This document shows, piece by piece, positions 1 through 11,358 of a stretch of 64,000 nucleotides of DNA. The stretch is from Candidatus Babeliales bacterium (GTDB lineage: Bacteria > Babelota > Babeliae > Babelales > JBFXEV01). Numbering within the stretch: position 1 is the stretch's first letter; every line of letters begins with the position of its first letter. Location of the stretch: NCBI GenBank assembly GCA_963716425.1, contig OY970310.1, forward strand, positions 1,275,639 through 1,339,638, read 5' to 3'. Made by a program: the position numbers and the translations under genes. Under the pieces are notes generated by a model that had not been told where the DNA came from, did no database searches, and was given only the letters and a program-made list of their open reading frames with translations.

Positions 1-816
1 AATGATATCATACCGTATAATTTGTTCGATAGCCCATAATTCTTTGAGCGTATTTACACCGCGAATGCGGTCAAAAGAAGCATCTACAGTTTTGACAATG
101 TATCCTTGTTTGCATGCCAAATGTACCAAATCGGTTAAATACCATTCATGGGTTACTTCATTTTCTGGGATAGTATCAATAATGGCTTGCAAGAAGTCAG
201 TGCGTACTATATAAATGCCGGCATTAAGACAGCAATGCTCTTGCGGGTCTCCGGTAAAATGTTTCTGTTCAACAATTTGTATGTCATTGCCATTCGTGAT
301 CACTCTGCCATATCCGGTAACGCTTGGATCTGGATTGTGGGCGGTAACAAATGAAATAGCAGCACCAGATTCTTGATGAGCGCGTGTTAAATTTTTAATA
401 ATATCAGCAGTGATGAGTGGTCCATCGCCATTAAGAATGAGTATATGCTCGGCAGTCCATGCATCTTTAGAACATTGCACTGCATGGCCAGTACCCTTTT
501 GCTCGGCTTGGAGTACAAAGCTGACTGTGTCGCCATGCGCGTGTTTTACAACTTCTTCAATTTGCTCGCGTTGATAGCCAACCACAAGTGCGGTGGGGAT
601 TTCAAGTGTTTCAAGGAGTTTAGTGCAATAGAGAATCATCTCTTGTCCACAAATTTTTGTGGCTAACTTGCTGGTATCCGTTTTAAATCGTGAAGATCTT
701 CCTGCCGCAAGTACAACAGCTTGTAAAGAATTTTTTAGCATTAGGCTACCCCGAGTAGGTTGTGGCGCACAACTTATCATTAGTGCGCTTGCAATAATCA
801 TTTTTTTACGATTCAT
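1..816 (-). CDS. glmU: GlmU-like sugar-phosphate nucleotidyltransferase, 5' part (runs off window start)
   Basis: Manual minus-strand translation gives AVVLAAGRSSRFKT..SKL..ICG, EQKGTGHAV, LNGDGPLI, GYGRVI, NAGIY, EWYLTDLV, GVNT. ATG at 816 follows AGGGAG; alternative ATG at 741. Not in the ORF track because it is open at the edge. Confidence 0.85.
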   Translation of the reverse strand, partial: MNRKKMIIASALMISCAPQPTRGSLMLKNSLQAVVLAAGRSSRFKTDTSKLATKICGQEMILYCTKLLETLEIPTALVVGYQREQIEEVVKHAHGDTVSFVLQAEQKGTGHAVQCSKDAWTAEHILILNGDGPLITADIIKNLTRAHQESGAAISFVTAHNPDPSVTGYGRVITNGNDIQIVEQKHFTGDPQEHCCLNAGIYIVRTDFLQAIIDTIPENEVTHEWYLTDLVHLACKQGYIVKTVDASFDRIRGVNTLKELWAIEQIIRYDII

Positions 817-998
817 TTCAATCTCCCTTTGGTGCTTCAGGATTTCTTTTCCCTATCAGCTTAGTCTCTGCCGCCTCTTGTTGTCAATTTTATGCCTGAA
901 AAACTTTAAAAAAATCGAGAATACCTGTATCCTAGAAGCTATCGAATGATAATTAGAGACAAAAATACTTATACTTCTCTATTTAGTTTATTATTAAA

Positions 999-1160
999 AC
1001 CGTTCATCCTGACCTTTTGACTTGCAGGACTCGCCCAAGATGCAGTCCTTCTTAAGAAAGGTTTAGATCCTGAGCAAACGCAGTGCGTCGAAGGATCTAA
1101 GGATATGAACGCAAAAAAATAAATCGCTCAAAACCCTTCGACAAGCTCAGGGAGAGCGAG
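999..1160. repeat. Cluster of REP-like palindromic repeats (CCTTCGACAAGCTCAGG family)
   Basis: accgttcatcctga at 999, gatcctgagc...gtcgaaggatc at about 1066-1097, cccttcgacaagctcagggagagcg at 1134-1158; same core at 23998 and 37105. Confidence 0.7.
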
Positions 1161-1197
1161 CATAATTGATGACTTTCATACAACTACAGGATTTTTT

Positions 1198-2445
1198 ATG
1201 CCAATCATGACTCGTCGTCTGCTTGCTTTATGTATATTTATTTTATCAATGCACCATGTAAGTGCCTATATTTATGACAATCGCTATTTTCGCATTTTAG
1301 AAGTTCCTTATTCTCGTGAGCGATATTTCTACGATCCAAATTGTGAGATTGAATCAGGGCATTGGGGTGAATCTCGATACCGCAATGATTTCTTTGTGTT
1401 AGTTTCAGATGGTGCTGTTGGCGGTGATAGCGATAACCATATTGGTATTCCAGAAATATTTGGGGAAATTAATTTACGCAATATTAATGCAGCACTGGCA
1501 CTAGTCAATCCTGCACATATTACACCAGTAGCTGATCTTACTGTTGTGCCGGTAAGAGGTAAGCTAGAGGGTCAGGGTATCTCATTTGCCTATGATCAAC
1601 AAATTACTCCATGGCTTGCTACCGGTATTTCGTTTTCATTATTGCATCTAAACGCTAATTTAAAGTTCTTATTTGCAGACACTATTGAGGGTAGAAGCCT
1701 TGAGAGAATACAGCGTGAATTTAACACTGAACTGGGTATAACATCAAATGCTTGGAAGCATACTGGTTTTACCGATGTAGATGCCTATCTACGTTTTGGC
1801 AATGTTTGGAATTACGTGCTCAAGTGTAGACGTATAGATGCTGGTATTAAGTTCGGCGGATTATTTCCTGCTGGTGTGCAAAAAGAAATAAGAAACCCTG
1901 CCTCAGTGCCATTTGGAGCTGATGGGCAATTTGGTTTTTATGTAGGGTTTGACGGTCAATTTGAAGTTAAAGAAGATTTAAAAGTTGGTCTTATTTCTCG
2001 CGTGAGTAAACGATTTGCAAAAAATAAATTGTATCGCTTACCGGTTGCAAATGAAAATGAATTATTTGGTGCGCTTATTGCACCAGCACGCGTGAATCCT
2101 GGTGTAACTTTTGTGTTTGCACCTTATTTTAGACTTGAGTGCATTCGCGATGGTCTAGGAGTTATGGTAAATTATACATTGATTTGGCATGATAATGATG
2201 AATGGTCAGATCAGCGCACGGGGCCACATATTCCGCCAATTAATAATGGCCAACTATTTAAGTTTTCACATTGGGCAGCTGAGGAAGTTACCCTTAACTT
2301 TTTCTATGACTTCTCTAAAGTTGAAGGCTGTAATAGACACTGGCCACTTGTTTCATTGTCATGGGATATTCCAGTGAGTTATCTTCTTGGTGAGCATGTT
2401 GTGCAAACCAATAATATTGCGCTTGGGGTAGAGTTTACGTTTTAG
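1198..2445 (+). CDS. Secreted, putative outer-membrane beta-barrel protein
   Basis: N-terminal signal peptide, amphipathic beta pattern, C-terminal VEFTF; motifs shared with 58810-60723. Confidence 0.6.
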   Translation: MPIMTRRLLALCIFILSMHHVSAYIYDNRYFRILEVPYSRERYFYDPNCEIESGHWGESRYRNDFFVLVSDGAVGGDSDNHIGIPEIFGEINLRNINAALALVNPAHITPVADLTVVPVRGKLEGQGISFAYDQQITPWLATGISFSLLHLNANLKFLFADTIEGRSLERIQREFNTELGITSNAWKHTGFTDVDAYLRFGNVWNYVLKCRRIDAGIKFGGLFPAGVQKEIRNPASVPFGADGQFGFYVGFDGQFEVKEDLKVGLISRVSKRFAKNKLYRLPVANENELFGALIAPARVNPGVTFVFAPYFRLECIRDGLGVMVNYTLIWHDNDEWSDQRTGPHIPPINNGQLFKFSHWAAEEVTLNFFYDFSKVEGCNRHWPLVSLSWDIPVSYLLGEHVVQTNNIALGVEFTF

Positions 2446-2465
2446 GTAGTTATACAGTCAATTAA

Positions 2466-3533
<1,068 letters not shown>

Positions 3534-3560
3534 ACAGTGTACCTCAGAAAGTACTTATAG

Positions 3561-3595
3561 TGAGCGCTTCTTAATGAGAGGCGCTCAATTTTTTA
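3561..3595 (+). terminator. Intrinsic terminator after mreB
   Basis: tgagcgcttct-taatg-agaggcgctca hairpin followed by a T run. Confidence 0.7.
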
Positions 3596-3756
3596 TCTGT
3601 CCATTTTCAGCATATAGTTAATTTACAGATTTAAAACGTTGGTTACAGGGGTAACGAGCTCACAGGCAAGGGATGGGATTCTAATAGCTTGCTATCAGTC
3701 TGAATGACCATTACAATGAATTATAGCATGTACAAGATATTATAAAGAAAGCCCGC

Positions 3757-4560
3757 ATGAAAAAAACCTCAAACAATATAGTTATTAAGAAACAGTATGG
3801 CCAGCATTTTTTGCGGGATCAAGCAGTAGTGAATGTAATGCTTGATTCAGTAGAATTGAATGCACAAACGTCTGTTTTTGAGATCGGTTGTGGTGATGGT
3901 TTTTTGACACAGGCTATTTTAAGCACTGGCATTGCACGTCTGTGGGTATTCGAAATTGATCCTGAATGGGCAAGCTTTGTGCGCAAAAAGTTTCTAGATC
4001 ATCGGCTTACAGTGTTCTTAGAAAATTTTTTGGATCTTGATATGTCCACCCTTGAGCCACATGCTCCTTGGACGGTACTTGCCAATTTGCCCTATAATGT
4101 TACGTTCCCTATTCTCTATAAGTTCCATGAAAGTAGGCATCTTATCAAAGAAGGTGTGGTGATGATCCAAGAAGAAGTGGCGCAGAAATTAGTTAAAAAA
4201 TCTGGTCGTGGTTATGGATACGTTTCACTCTTTTTTCAACACTTTTTTGAACTCAAGCTACTCACTAAAATTCCACCAACAGCATTTTATCCTTCACCCA
4301 AAGTATTTTCTCGCCTGATTTATTTTAAGCCTAAACTACAGGTGCCTGTGATAATGCAAGAAGATGAGTTTTGGAAATTCATAAAGGTGTGCTTCCGTCA
4401 ACCAAGAAGAACCTTGCGTAATAATTTGGCGCAAACGCATTATGAACTTACTCAATTTGATGAAGCATTGCTTGGCAAACGAGCGCAACAGCTGGGCATG
4501 GAAGATTTCATTAAGATTTGGGAGCATATTTGCCAAAAAATAGTGGAGCAAAAATTGTAG
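3757..4560 (+). CDS. rsmA: 16S rRNA dimethyladenosine methyltransferase RsmA/KsgA
   Basis: KKQYGQHFL, EIGCGDG, ANLPYN, MIQEEVA, FRQPRRTLRN. Confidence 0.95.
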   Translation: MKKTSNNIVIKKQYGQHFLRDQAVVNVMLDSVELNAQTSVFEIGCGDGFLTQAILSTGIARLWVFEIDPEWASFVRKKFLDHRLTVFLENFLDLDMSTLEPHAPWTVLANLPYNVTFPILYKFHESRHLIKEGVVMIQEEVAQKLVKKSGRGYGYVSLFFQHFFELKLLTKIPPTAFYPSPKVFSRLIYFKPKLQVPVIMQEDEFWKFIKVCFRQPRRTLRNNLAQTHYELTQFDEALLGKRAQQLGMEDFIKIWEHICQKIVEQKL

Positions 4561-4587
4561 TCTAACAAAAAAAGGAGCCAGAAAATC

Positions 4588-5376
4588 ATGAAGAGAGACT
4601 ATTTCTATATACTTATTGGCGCAGCTTGTTTGTTTAGTAAAGAAGCAACTTGTAAAACCACTCTTACGAGTGCACAAAAAAAAGAAATTGCTCAGCACCT
4701 TTGGCATAATGAAGCAAGTAAGCGCTATGACCGCTTGGTGTTTTGGAATGTGAATGAAAAATTTCCATCACTTGGCATCTGCCACTTTATCTGGTATCCA
4801 GCCAAAAATACAGATATCTATACACAAACATTTCCAGATTTACTGACGCACTTTAAAAAGAACAAAGTAAAACTACCTCCTTGGTTAGATCAAGCTCAGT
4901 TTGCGCCATGGCAAACGAGAGAAGAATTTGTAAAGCAGGAAACTAGTGCCCAAGTTGAAGAGCTCAGAAAACTTCTCTTTGATACTATGGATTTGCAAGT
5001 TGATTTTATTATTGAACGTTTGGAACGTGCGTGGCCACGCATGTTGAATGTGGCTCTCGCTGAAAAGCGGCAACAAGTAGAATGTAATTTTAATCTGCTG
5101 ATGCAATCACCACAAGGAGTTTATGCACTTCTTGATTATCTCAATTTTAAGGGTGAAGGCACTGATCCTAAAGAGCGCTATAACAATATAGGGTGGGGAT
5201 TACTGCAAGTGCTGGAGAATATGGGACAAGTATCTGGCAATGCTGTTGCACAATTTGCTGCTGCTGCCAAGTCAGTTCTTACCACGCGAACAGAGAATGC
5301 TCCATCACACAAAGCACATGAAAAGAATTGGTTGCCGGGATGGTTTAATAGATTGAATACCTATACTAATTCTTAA
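4588..5376 (+). CDS. Conserved hypothetical secreted protein
   Basis: Signal-like N-terminus; WNVNEKFPSLGICHFIWYP and LDYLNFKGEG..ERY..GWGLLQVL motifs. Confidence 0.6.
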   Translation: MKRDYFYILIGAACLFSKEATCKTTLTSAQKKEIAQHLWHNEASKRYDRLVFWNVNEKFPSLGICHFIWYPAKNTDIYTQTFPDLLTHFKKNKVKLPPWLDQAQFAPWQTREEFVKQETSAQVEELRKLLFDTMDLQVDFIIERLERAWPRMLNVALAEKRQQVECNFNLLMQSPQGVYALLDYLNFKGEGTDPKERYNNIGWGLLQVLENMGQVSGNAVAQFAAAAKSVLTTRTENAPSHKAHEKNWLPGWFNRLNTYTNS

Positions 5377-6647
5377 AGTCGAATTGTTTCTTGAGCTTTT
5401 TTGATTGCTTTTTTAATACGTTGCTCATATATTTTTTGTCCGCCATTATCAGGATAAAAGAGTAATGCATCATCTTGCATCTCATTAAGTACATCAGTTG
5501 TAATCCCAGCCACATCATACGTAGTACCTGTAAGATGACAATAAACCTGTGCGTGCTCAGCATAGGGATGCATTGCAATTGAAATGTGCTGTGAACATTC
5601 ACTAAATTCGTCAGAAAGTTGGCTAAGCCAAGGAACAAATACACCCATTGGCAAGGGATAGAGCGGGAAATGAGGTCGATAACCGCCGCCCCAACCAAAG
5701 GACCATAGTTCTGTGTGCCCCGGATGTGCTGGCCGCACGTGGCGTGGTGGCGCAGGATGCTTGTGGCCACGAGGGCATTTAAGCCTGCAGGGTTTTGATA
5801 GGCGATAAAGCTTAATACCAATTTGGTAGAAATTCTCAGGCAGTGGGTGGTTTTTGTAACCGAGAAATATTTTTTTGCTAAACAATACATTTAATGAAAA
5901 AAAATCTAAGGTCTGTACGCGATCACCATGTGAATAGATATGATAAATTTTTTTGAATAATGGGCTATGGATCAGTTCTTTTGCTTCAGGCACCCCAGGC
6001 ATGCCAATGGCGATTAATTCATCAATAGAGAATGCGCACGTATGCCCTGAGGTTTTTTGAGCGCGAGCCAAATGCATGGCAATAGTGCCGCCGTGGCTAT
6101 ACCCTATAATGCGAATTTTGGGGTCAATGCCTTGTGCTCGGTACATTTCAATTTCTTTGCAGAGTGTATGATAAAATTTCTCAGCTTCATGTGCCCATAT
6201 TTTCTTGGAAAGTAGCGCAGACCATCCATACGTGTAATATACGTTATGCTGCTTTTCGCGCGCTATCTGCTCATTCAGATACTCATAAGAGCGAGCAAAT
6301 GCAGAGGCAGCATTACCTTTCTCGATTGTTTCCATATCAATTTTTTTAAGTCCTAACTCTTGCATGGCATGATAGTTTTGAAAATAAGGGTCTATGCGTG
6401 CATGATTGATAGTATGGGCATAGAGAGAGCCATGAATATCATCTTGCATTAATATGTAGATATTATAGGGGGAGAGAAATGGTTTTACGCTAATGATGCC
6501 ATGTACAAAAATCGTAATCCAAGGTTGGTCAACTTTGGAAGTATAAATAACTTGTGCTGATATGCGTTGGTACGTGCAAAATAGAACGATAAGCCACAGG
6601 TACACGCGGCGTGTACGATTGTGCATGTTAAGGTTCCTCTCTGTCAT
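5373..6647 (-). CDS. Secreted alpha/beta-hydrolase-like protein
   Basis: IFVHG, nucleophile-elbow GYSHGG, YSHGDRVQ, HPGHTELW; N-terminal hydrophobic segment. Confidence 0.6.
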   Translation of the reverse strand: MTERNLNMHNRTRRVYLWLIVLFCTYQRISAQVIYTSKVDQPWITIFVHGIISVKPFLSPYNIYILMQDDIHGSLYAHTINHARIDPYFQNYHAMQELGLKKIDMETIEKGNAASAFARSYEYLNEQIAREKQHNVYYTYGWSALLSKKIWAHEAEKFYHTLCKEIEMYRAQGIDPKIRIIGYSHGGTIAMHLARAQKTSGHTCAFSIDELIAIGMPGVPEAKELIHSPLFKKIYHIYSHGDRVQTLDFFSLNVLFSKKIFLGYKNHPLPENFYQIGIKLYRLSKPCRLKCPRGHKHPAPPRHVRPAHPGHTELWSFGWGGGYRPHFPLYPLPMGVFVPWLSQLSDEFSECSQHISIAMHPYAEHAQVYCHLTGTTYDVAGITTDVLNEMQDDALLFYPDNGGQKIYEQRIKKAIKKAQETIRL

Positions 6648-6853
6648 TCATGCTGTTATAACCGGTCCACTAGCTTAAGTATACCCTTATTTGCTGGATA
6701 AAGTTAAGATTTTACCTAGATCTTGATAAAAATAGTACGACTTATTTACTTCAGAAGTGCATTTATTATACATTTTTAATAAAGTGAATGTAGTTTAATG
6801 AAACAAACATTCAATGAAAATAGTTTAATTTTTAATTAAAAAGGATAATTCTG

Positions 6854-7278
6854 ATGCAAGGTAATAATATTTCACGTGCATGGCACTTGCTCTATTATAC
6901 CTATGGGTTGCTCCCCATTATTGCAGGACTTGATAAATATTTCCATTATATTGTAAATTGGTTATTTATCATTGCGGTGAATTTGCTGAGCATGTGTATG
7001 TTTTTTGAAATCGTAGTACGAGATTTGGAATTGTATGCATCTTGGTGTGGTGTTTGTCAGCAGGTGGTTCTTTTTTTGAAGCAGTTGCATCTGAATATGG
7101 CAATAAATATGGTTTATATAAAGCAAACGTTGATACAACGCTCGAGATTTCAAAAGAACATAATGTAAGCGCTGTGTCAACATTGCTCTTTGCCAAAAAC
7201 GGTAAAGTGATAACCACTAATATCGGATATATTACAAAAGAAGGTATTATTAAAAAACTAATGGAATCATTGGGGTAA
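6854..7278 (+). pseudogene. Fused remnants: internally deleted DoxX-like membrane protein plus frameshifted thioredoxin
   Basis: GLLPIIAGLDKY...VRDL joined to LYASWCGVC; the thioredoxin C-half (FEAVASEY..KANVD..VSAVSTLLFAKNGK) continues in another frame across the T7 run at 7071-7077. Confidence 0.65.
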
Positions 7279-7342
7279 GAAAATGTAACAGGCAAGCACA
7301 ATATCTGCGCTTGCCTGTTATTGTTTTCTAGACGAGTTGAGT

Positions 7343-7549
7343 TTAAGATACCTTTTCTTTACAGAGCATAGCATGTAATTCTTTTACATATGGCACTATG
7401 TCCTGTTGTAATTTTTTTAATAGTTCTTGGAATTCAGCATCATTTTCTGCTTTGGCGTCAGCGACCGCATGTTTTTCAATAAACCATGCCATACAGCTTA
7501 ATTTATGGAATAGTTTAGCTTTGTCATAACAACAATTTTTGAGCTTCAT
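7343..7549 (-). CDS. Small helical hypothetical protein
   Basis: 68-aa ORF with upstream AGGAAG, co-oriented with the Csp-like gene. Confidence 0.55.
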   Translation of the reverse strand: MKLKNCCYDKAKLFHKLSCMAWFIEKHAVADAKAENDAEFQELLKKLQQDIVPYVKELHAMLCKEKVS

Positions 7550-7575
7550 TGAGCTTCCTAAATAATTTTAAATTA

Positions 7576-7992
7576 TTATTCGACTTCGACTTCAAGACAA
7601 TCATTACATGCTTGTGCGCAGCGTTCACAGGCGGTGAGTACCTTAAAGCTTGTATCAAGACAATCTTCATAATCCGCATCACACGCATCAAGCAGTTCCT
7701 GACAGATTTCTATGCATTCTTGTGCTGCATCGATGCAAGCGATACACCGCTCTTCGCATTCCGTTTCATCGCACATGGCCATGTGATCATCACATTCTTC
7801 AATGGTTGCTTCACATGAATCGATAGCGTTTTCACATGCTTCTTGGCAGCTGCCTAGTTGTTCACCACATTCAACAATGTCAGTAGTACTACATTTGTCG
7901 CTCAATACTTGGCATGCATCAATACAGGCTTCATTTGTGGCTATACAATCATTGAGTATCGCTACAAATTCATCATTAAAATGGTTTGCCAT
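7576..7992 (-). CDS. Cys-rich acidic four-helix-bundle protein, copper storage protein (Csp/DUF326)-like
   Basis: 21 Cys in 138 aa, many in CxxxC/CxxC spacing; ends ACERCAQAC; SD AGGAG. Confidence 0.65.
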   Translation of the reverse strand: MANHFNDEFVAILNDCIATNEACIDACQVLSDKCSTTDIVECGEQLGSCQEACENAIDSCEATIEECDDHMAMCDETECEERCIACIDAAQECIEICQELLDACDADYEDCLDTSFKVLTACERCAQACNDCLEVEVE

Positions 7993-8109
7993 AACATATC
8001 TCCTATTTTTAGATAGTCTGTAATCCTATTTTTATCATACTACCAAGATAGGATTAAGAAGAGCAATAACTGAGAGCGTTATTCTCTCCTTTCAAGCCCT
8101 GTAAGGCCA

Positions 8110-8949
8110 CTATATGTCGTGTTGATAGATGAGTGTTGCAAAAAATTTTGTCTTTGGTTGGATCCCAAATCTTCGATCAGCAATAGGAACTTGAATACGT
8201 AGAAGATATTGATCTCTATCAGTATCATATGACACTATTGGACCTAACAAAATAAGATGTCCGCCTGTATTGGCAACTTGCTTACCCTGGAATTTGGCAG
8301 AAGAACTGTATAATCCATCGAGCTCCCAAAAAAATAACCATTCCGCTTCATCAGGCGTACCTAATTGATATCTTCGACCAAACGTTACAGAATACTCAAT
8401 AAAAGTTCCGGGATTTCTATGTTTTCTTGTGGTGCCAATAGTGGCACTTATAATAAAACTAGCAAACCAGTTCTCAGAAGCATGGAATGCATCAAAATTG
8501 AAGATGGGCATAAAGGAGCCTAGGCCGAGCGGAGGATTGGCAGTGGTGTCTCCTGTGGGAAATTGGATGCCCGCTTTGAGCGCAAGAAGATGTTCATCAG
8601 TACGATAGGGATGCCATTGGAAAAGCGCTTGCATATCTGATAACCCCTTTGATATACGTCCATTCGATTTTTGATAGAGAAAGAATGGTATATTTAACTC
8701 GCAACCACTGTGGCGGCTGATGCCGTATGCTAAATTATGATCTAGTGTGATAGTAGTGCCATCAGCTTTTGATAAATACGAATTATCAATGCTATAGATA
8801 CCATATTGATAGCTGGTGATGGTATCTTGCCCAATATTAAATTGTCCATTCATTGGTGAAGGGTCGCGCCCTTGTATATCAAAGGAAGAAAGTAGTATTA
8901 TTAGGTGAATAAATAATAATTGTTTTATCATAACTACAATATTCCTCAT
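8110..8949 (-). CDS. Putative outer-membrane beta-barrel ('transporter'/MetA-pathway-like), paralog 3
   Basis: Signal peptide; FNIG, GLSD, FPTG, LGLGS, NTGG..I.LGP. Confidence 0.65.
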   Translation of the reverse strand: MRNIVVMIKQLLFIHLIILLSSFDIQGRDPSPMNGQFNIGQDTITSYQYGIYSIDNSYLSKADGTTITLDHNLAYGISRHSGCELNIPFFLYQKSNGRISKGLSDMQALFQWHPYRTDEHLLALKAGIQFPTGDTTANPPLGLGSFMPIFNFDAFHASENWFASFIISATIGTTRKHRNPGTFIEYSVTFGRRYQLGTPDEAEWLFFWELDGLYSSSAKFQGKQVANTGGHLILLGPIVSYDTDRDQYLLRIQVPIADRRFGIQPKTKFFATLIYQHDI

Positions 8950-9765
8950 TTAGAACGACCAACCTAACCAAAATGATACAAAAAAGTTTGTGCTTGGTTG
9001 TATACCATATCTACGATCGCAAATTGGCAGTAAAAAGTTAAGCTGGGCTCCTTGCCAATAGCCGTCATAGTTTAATGAAGGTCCTACTAAAATGAGATCT
9101 CCTCCCGTATTCTGAATTTGCCTGCCACGATACTGATTAGGAAAGTAATGATAGCCTTGCAATACAGCAAATATATATATTTGTTCTTTACGATTAGCAC
9201 TTATTGGGAATTTTGGACCAATATCTAGGTGATAATCAAGATAACTTCCTGCTTTAAAATGTTTGCGTGTGGTAGTAAAAATACCGCCAAAAACAAAACT
9301 TGCAAATAGTTTTTCCGATGAGTGAATTGCAGTAAGGTATGCTATTGGATTAAATGAACCAGTTCCTAAAAAAGGCGCACCTTCTTTATTTCCTGTGGGA
9401 AATGTTGTACCACCTTTAAAAAGAAGCATATGGTCTTCTGTGCGATATGCATGCCATTGTAAAATAAATTGAAGATCAGCAAGTCCCCGTAAAATTCTGT
9501 TGTTTTCTGTGTATTTAATATAGAAAGGTATGGTAAACGTACAACCGAGTGTGCGGGAAAGACCATAATTAAGATAATTAAAATAGCCTATATGAGAACC
9601 ATCAGATTCACCAAAACAGAATGTGCCGGTAACAAAGTCACCATATCCTTCTGAAGTGACAATTTCGCGACCAATATTAAATTTACCATTCCATTCAGTA
9701 TCAATGCCTTGTATGTATAGTGGGAAGAAAAAAAGTATAAGTCCATAATGTTTGCATGTAATCAT
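8950..9765 (-). CDS. Putative outer-membrane beta-barrel, paralog 2
   Basis: Probable start MITCKHY at 9765; FNIGR, GLAD, FPTG, LGTGS, NTGG; C-terminal F. Confidence 0.65.
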   Translation of the reverse strand: MITCKHYGLILFFFPLYIQGIDTEWNGKFNIGREIVTSEGYGDFVTGTFCFGESDGSHIGYFNYLNYGLSRTLGCTFTIPFYIKYTENNRILRGLADLQFILQWHAYRTEDHMLLFKGGTTFPTGNKEGAPFLGTGSFNPIAYLTAIHSSEKLFASFVFGGIFTTTRKHFKAGSYLDYHLDIGPKFPISANRKEQIYIFAVLQGYHYFPNQYRGRQIQNTGGDLILVGPSLNYDGYWQGAQLNFLLPICDRRYGIQPSTNFFVSFWLGWSF

Positions 9766-9772
9766 AGTAGCC

Positions 9773-10600
9773 TTAGAAATAATATTGCATTGTAAGCGCA
9801 GCCAGATAATTAACTTTAGGTTGAAGCCCACTAAAACGTTGTAGAATTGGAAATTGAACCCGACCTTGCAAAATCATGCGCCCTGTTCTTACTGATACGA
9901 GAGGGCCAACTATTACTACGGTGCCTCCCGTATTAGGCACAATAACGCCATTAACTTTTGTAGGCTTTCGCCAGAAACCATCCATCTCTAAAAGAATTGC
10001 CATCGGCAGTTTTGCATGTTCAAGAGTGAACTTAGGGCCAAATAAATATTCAAAGTTCAATACTGACCCTGCGTAGACTCCTTTTCTTTTAAAAGAAATT
10101 ACGGGCCGTAACAAAAATGACCAGTACCAATGTGGTGAAGAATGGATCCATTGTGCAGTAAGTAAGAGATTGTAGTTGCCTGTGCCAAGAGCTGGAGTTA
10201 CTGTGCTATCACCCGTAGGGGCAAAAAAACCGATACTGCCAAGAGTTGCATTATAGGGTTTAAAAAAACGAATAAAGATTGTTTCAAAACTGATATCACT
10301 TAATCCGCGTGAGACGTTAGATCCAACGCGTCGTTTGAGAAAAACCGGAATAAAAAGACGGAATCCAATGTGATTAGTAAGGCCATAAAGCCCGGTTGAT
10401 TTCCACAATACTCCCGTACCACCAAATCGCTCGGTAACTTCCAGTTCTTCTTCAGCAATGACCATACCTTTGATAGGAATTACTTGGCGACCAATGTTAA
10501 ATTGGAGATGCACTCCTGGGGCGATACTCATAAGTGGTTTACTCCACATCAGTATGCTGAGTACTCCACAAATGAAAAGCACGTATCTATTCTGTATCAT
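9773..10600 (-). CDS. Putative outer-membrane beta-barrel, paralog 1
   Basis: Signal peptide; FNIGR, GLSD, APTG, LGTG, NTGG; C-terminal F. Confidence 0.65.
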   Translation of the reverse strand: MIQNRYVLFICGVLSILMWSKPLMSIAPGVHLQFNIGRQVIPIKGMVIAEEELEVTERFGGTGVLWKSTGLYGLTNHIGFRLFIPVFLKRRVGSNVSRGLSDISFETIFIRFFKPYNATLGSIGFFAPTGDSTVTPALGTGNYNLLLTAQWIHSSPHWYWSFLLRPVISFKRKGVYAGSVLNFEYLFGPKFTLEHAKLPMAILLEMDGFWRKPTKVNGVIVPNTGGTVVIVGPLVSVRTGRMILQGRVQFPILQRFSGLQPKVNYLAALTMQYYF

Positions 10601-10744
10601 ACTACTTTTTTACTCCTTTTTCATGTCAGATTAATGGTAGCATAATCACATATTGATGCAATCTCCTTCAATATGTTTATTTTAGGTATCATATTGGAGT
10701 AAGGTAATAATAAGGAGTAAGGTTATTAATCCTGTGGGGTCTAC

Positions 10745-11040
10745 ATGAAGAATTTATGGATAGTATTAGATATAGTTTCAGCCTTTAGTTCAGCAATGGT
10801 GGTTATTTGTGACAAAATGGGAACCCGCTATATCGATAGTACCGTAGTGGGGATTATGCAAACAACAGTCTCGCTTCTAGCGTTGCTGGGCATTCAGCTG
10901 TATTTTAATAATTTTTCTGTACTTGCCTCTGTTTCTCGGGCAGCTTCAATTGATCAATTCACTATTACCTTTATTCTCTGCCTATTAGTAGTATTCTTAA
11001 AAGGGACAATAACTTGGAAATCAGCTATCGGTTCTTTTTA
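10745..11040 (+). pseudogene. Internally deleted copy of the adjacent EamA gene
   Basis: IVSAFSSAMVVICDKMG shared with 11359 gene; lacks the middle helices, then drifts after WKSAIGS. Confidence 0.65.
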
Positions 11041-11358
11041 CTTTTGGAATAAGGTGCTTAGTATTATAGATAGTATCAAATTTCATATGGGATTCATGGT
11101 TATCCTTTCGGTACTAAATTTCACCGCGAGTAGCTGGGGGTCTGGCCATGTTTTAGGAAATACAGGACTTAGTGGCAGACGGTCAAAAAAGAGGTTAAGA
11201 AAGGAGTTAATGTTCATAAGAAATAGCCATCTGACAGTGATGATAGAGAGGTAGTAAAGAATATTATTGCACTATTTTTTAAATAGAGTATTGTGAATAA
11301 AAAATAGATTATCTTTTACCTAGGATTTTATGAGAAGTCGACAATCAACAATCGGGGA

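Noticed and set aside
2-949. Short plus-strand ORFs in the track
   Set aside because: They are antisense shadows of glmU
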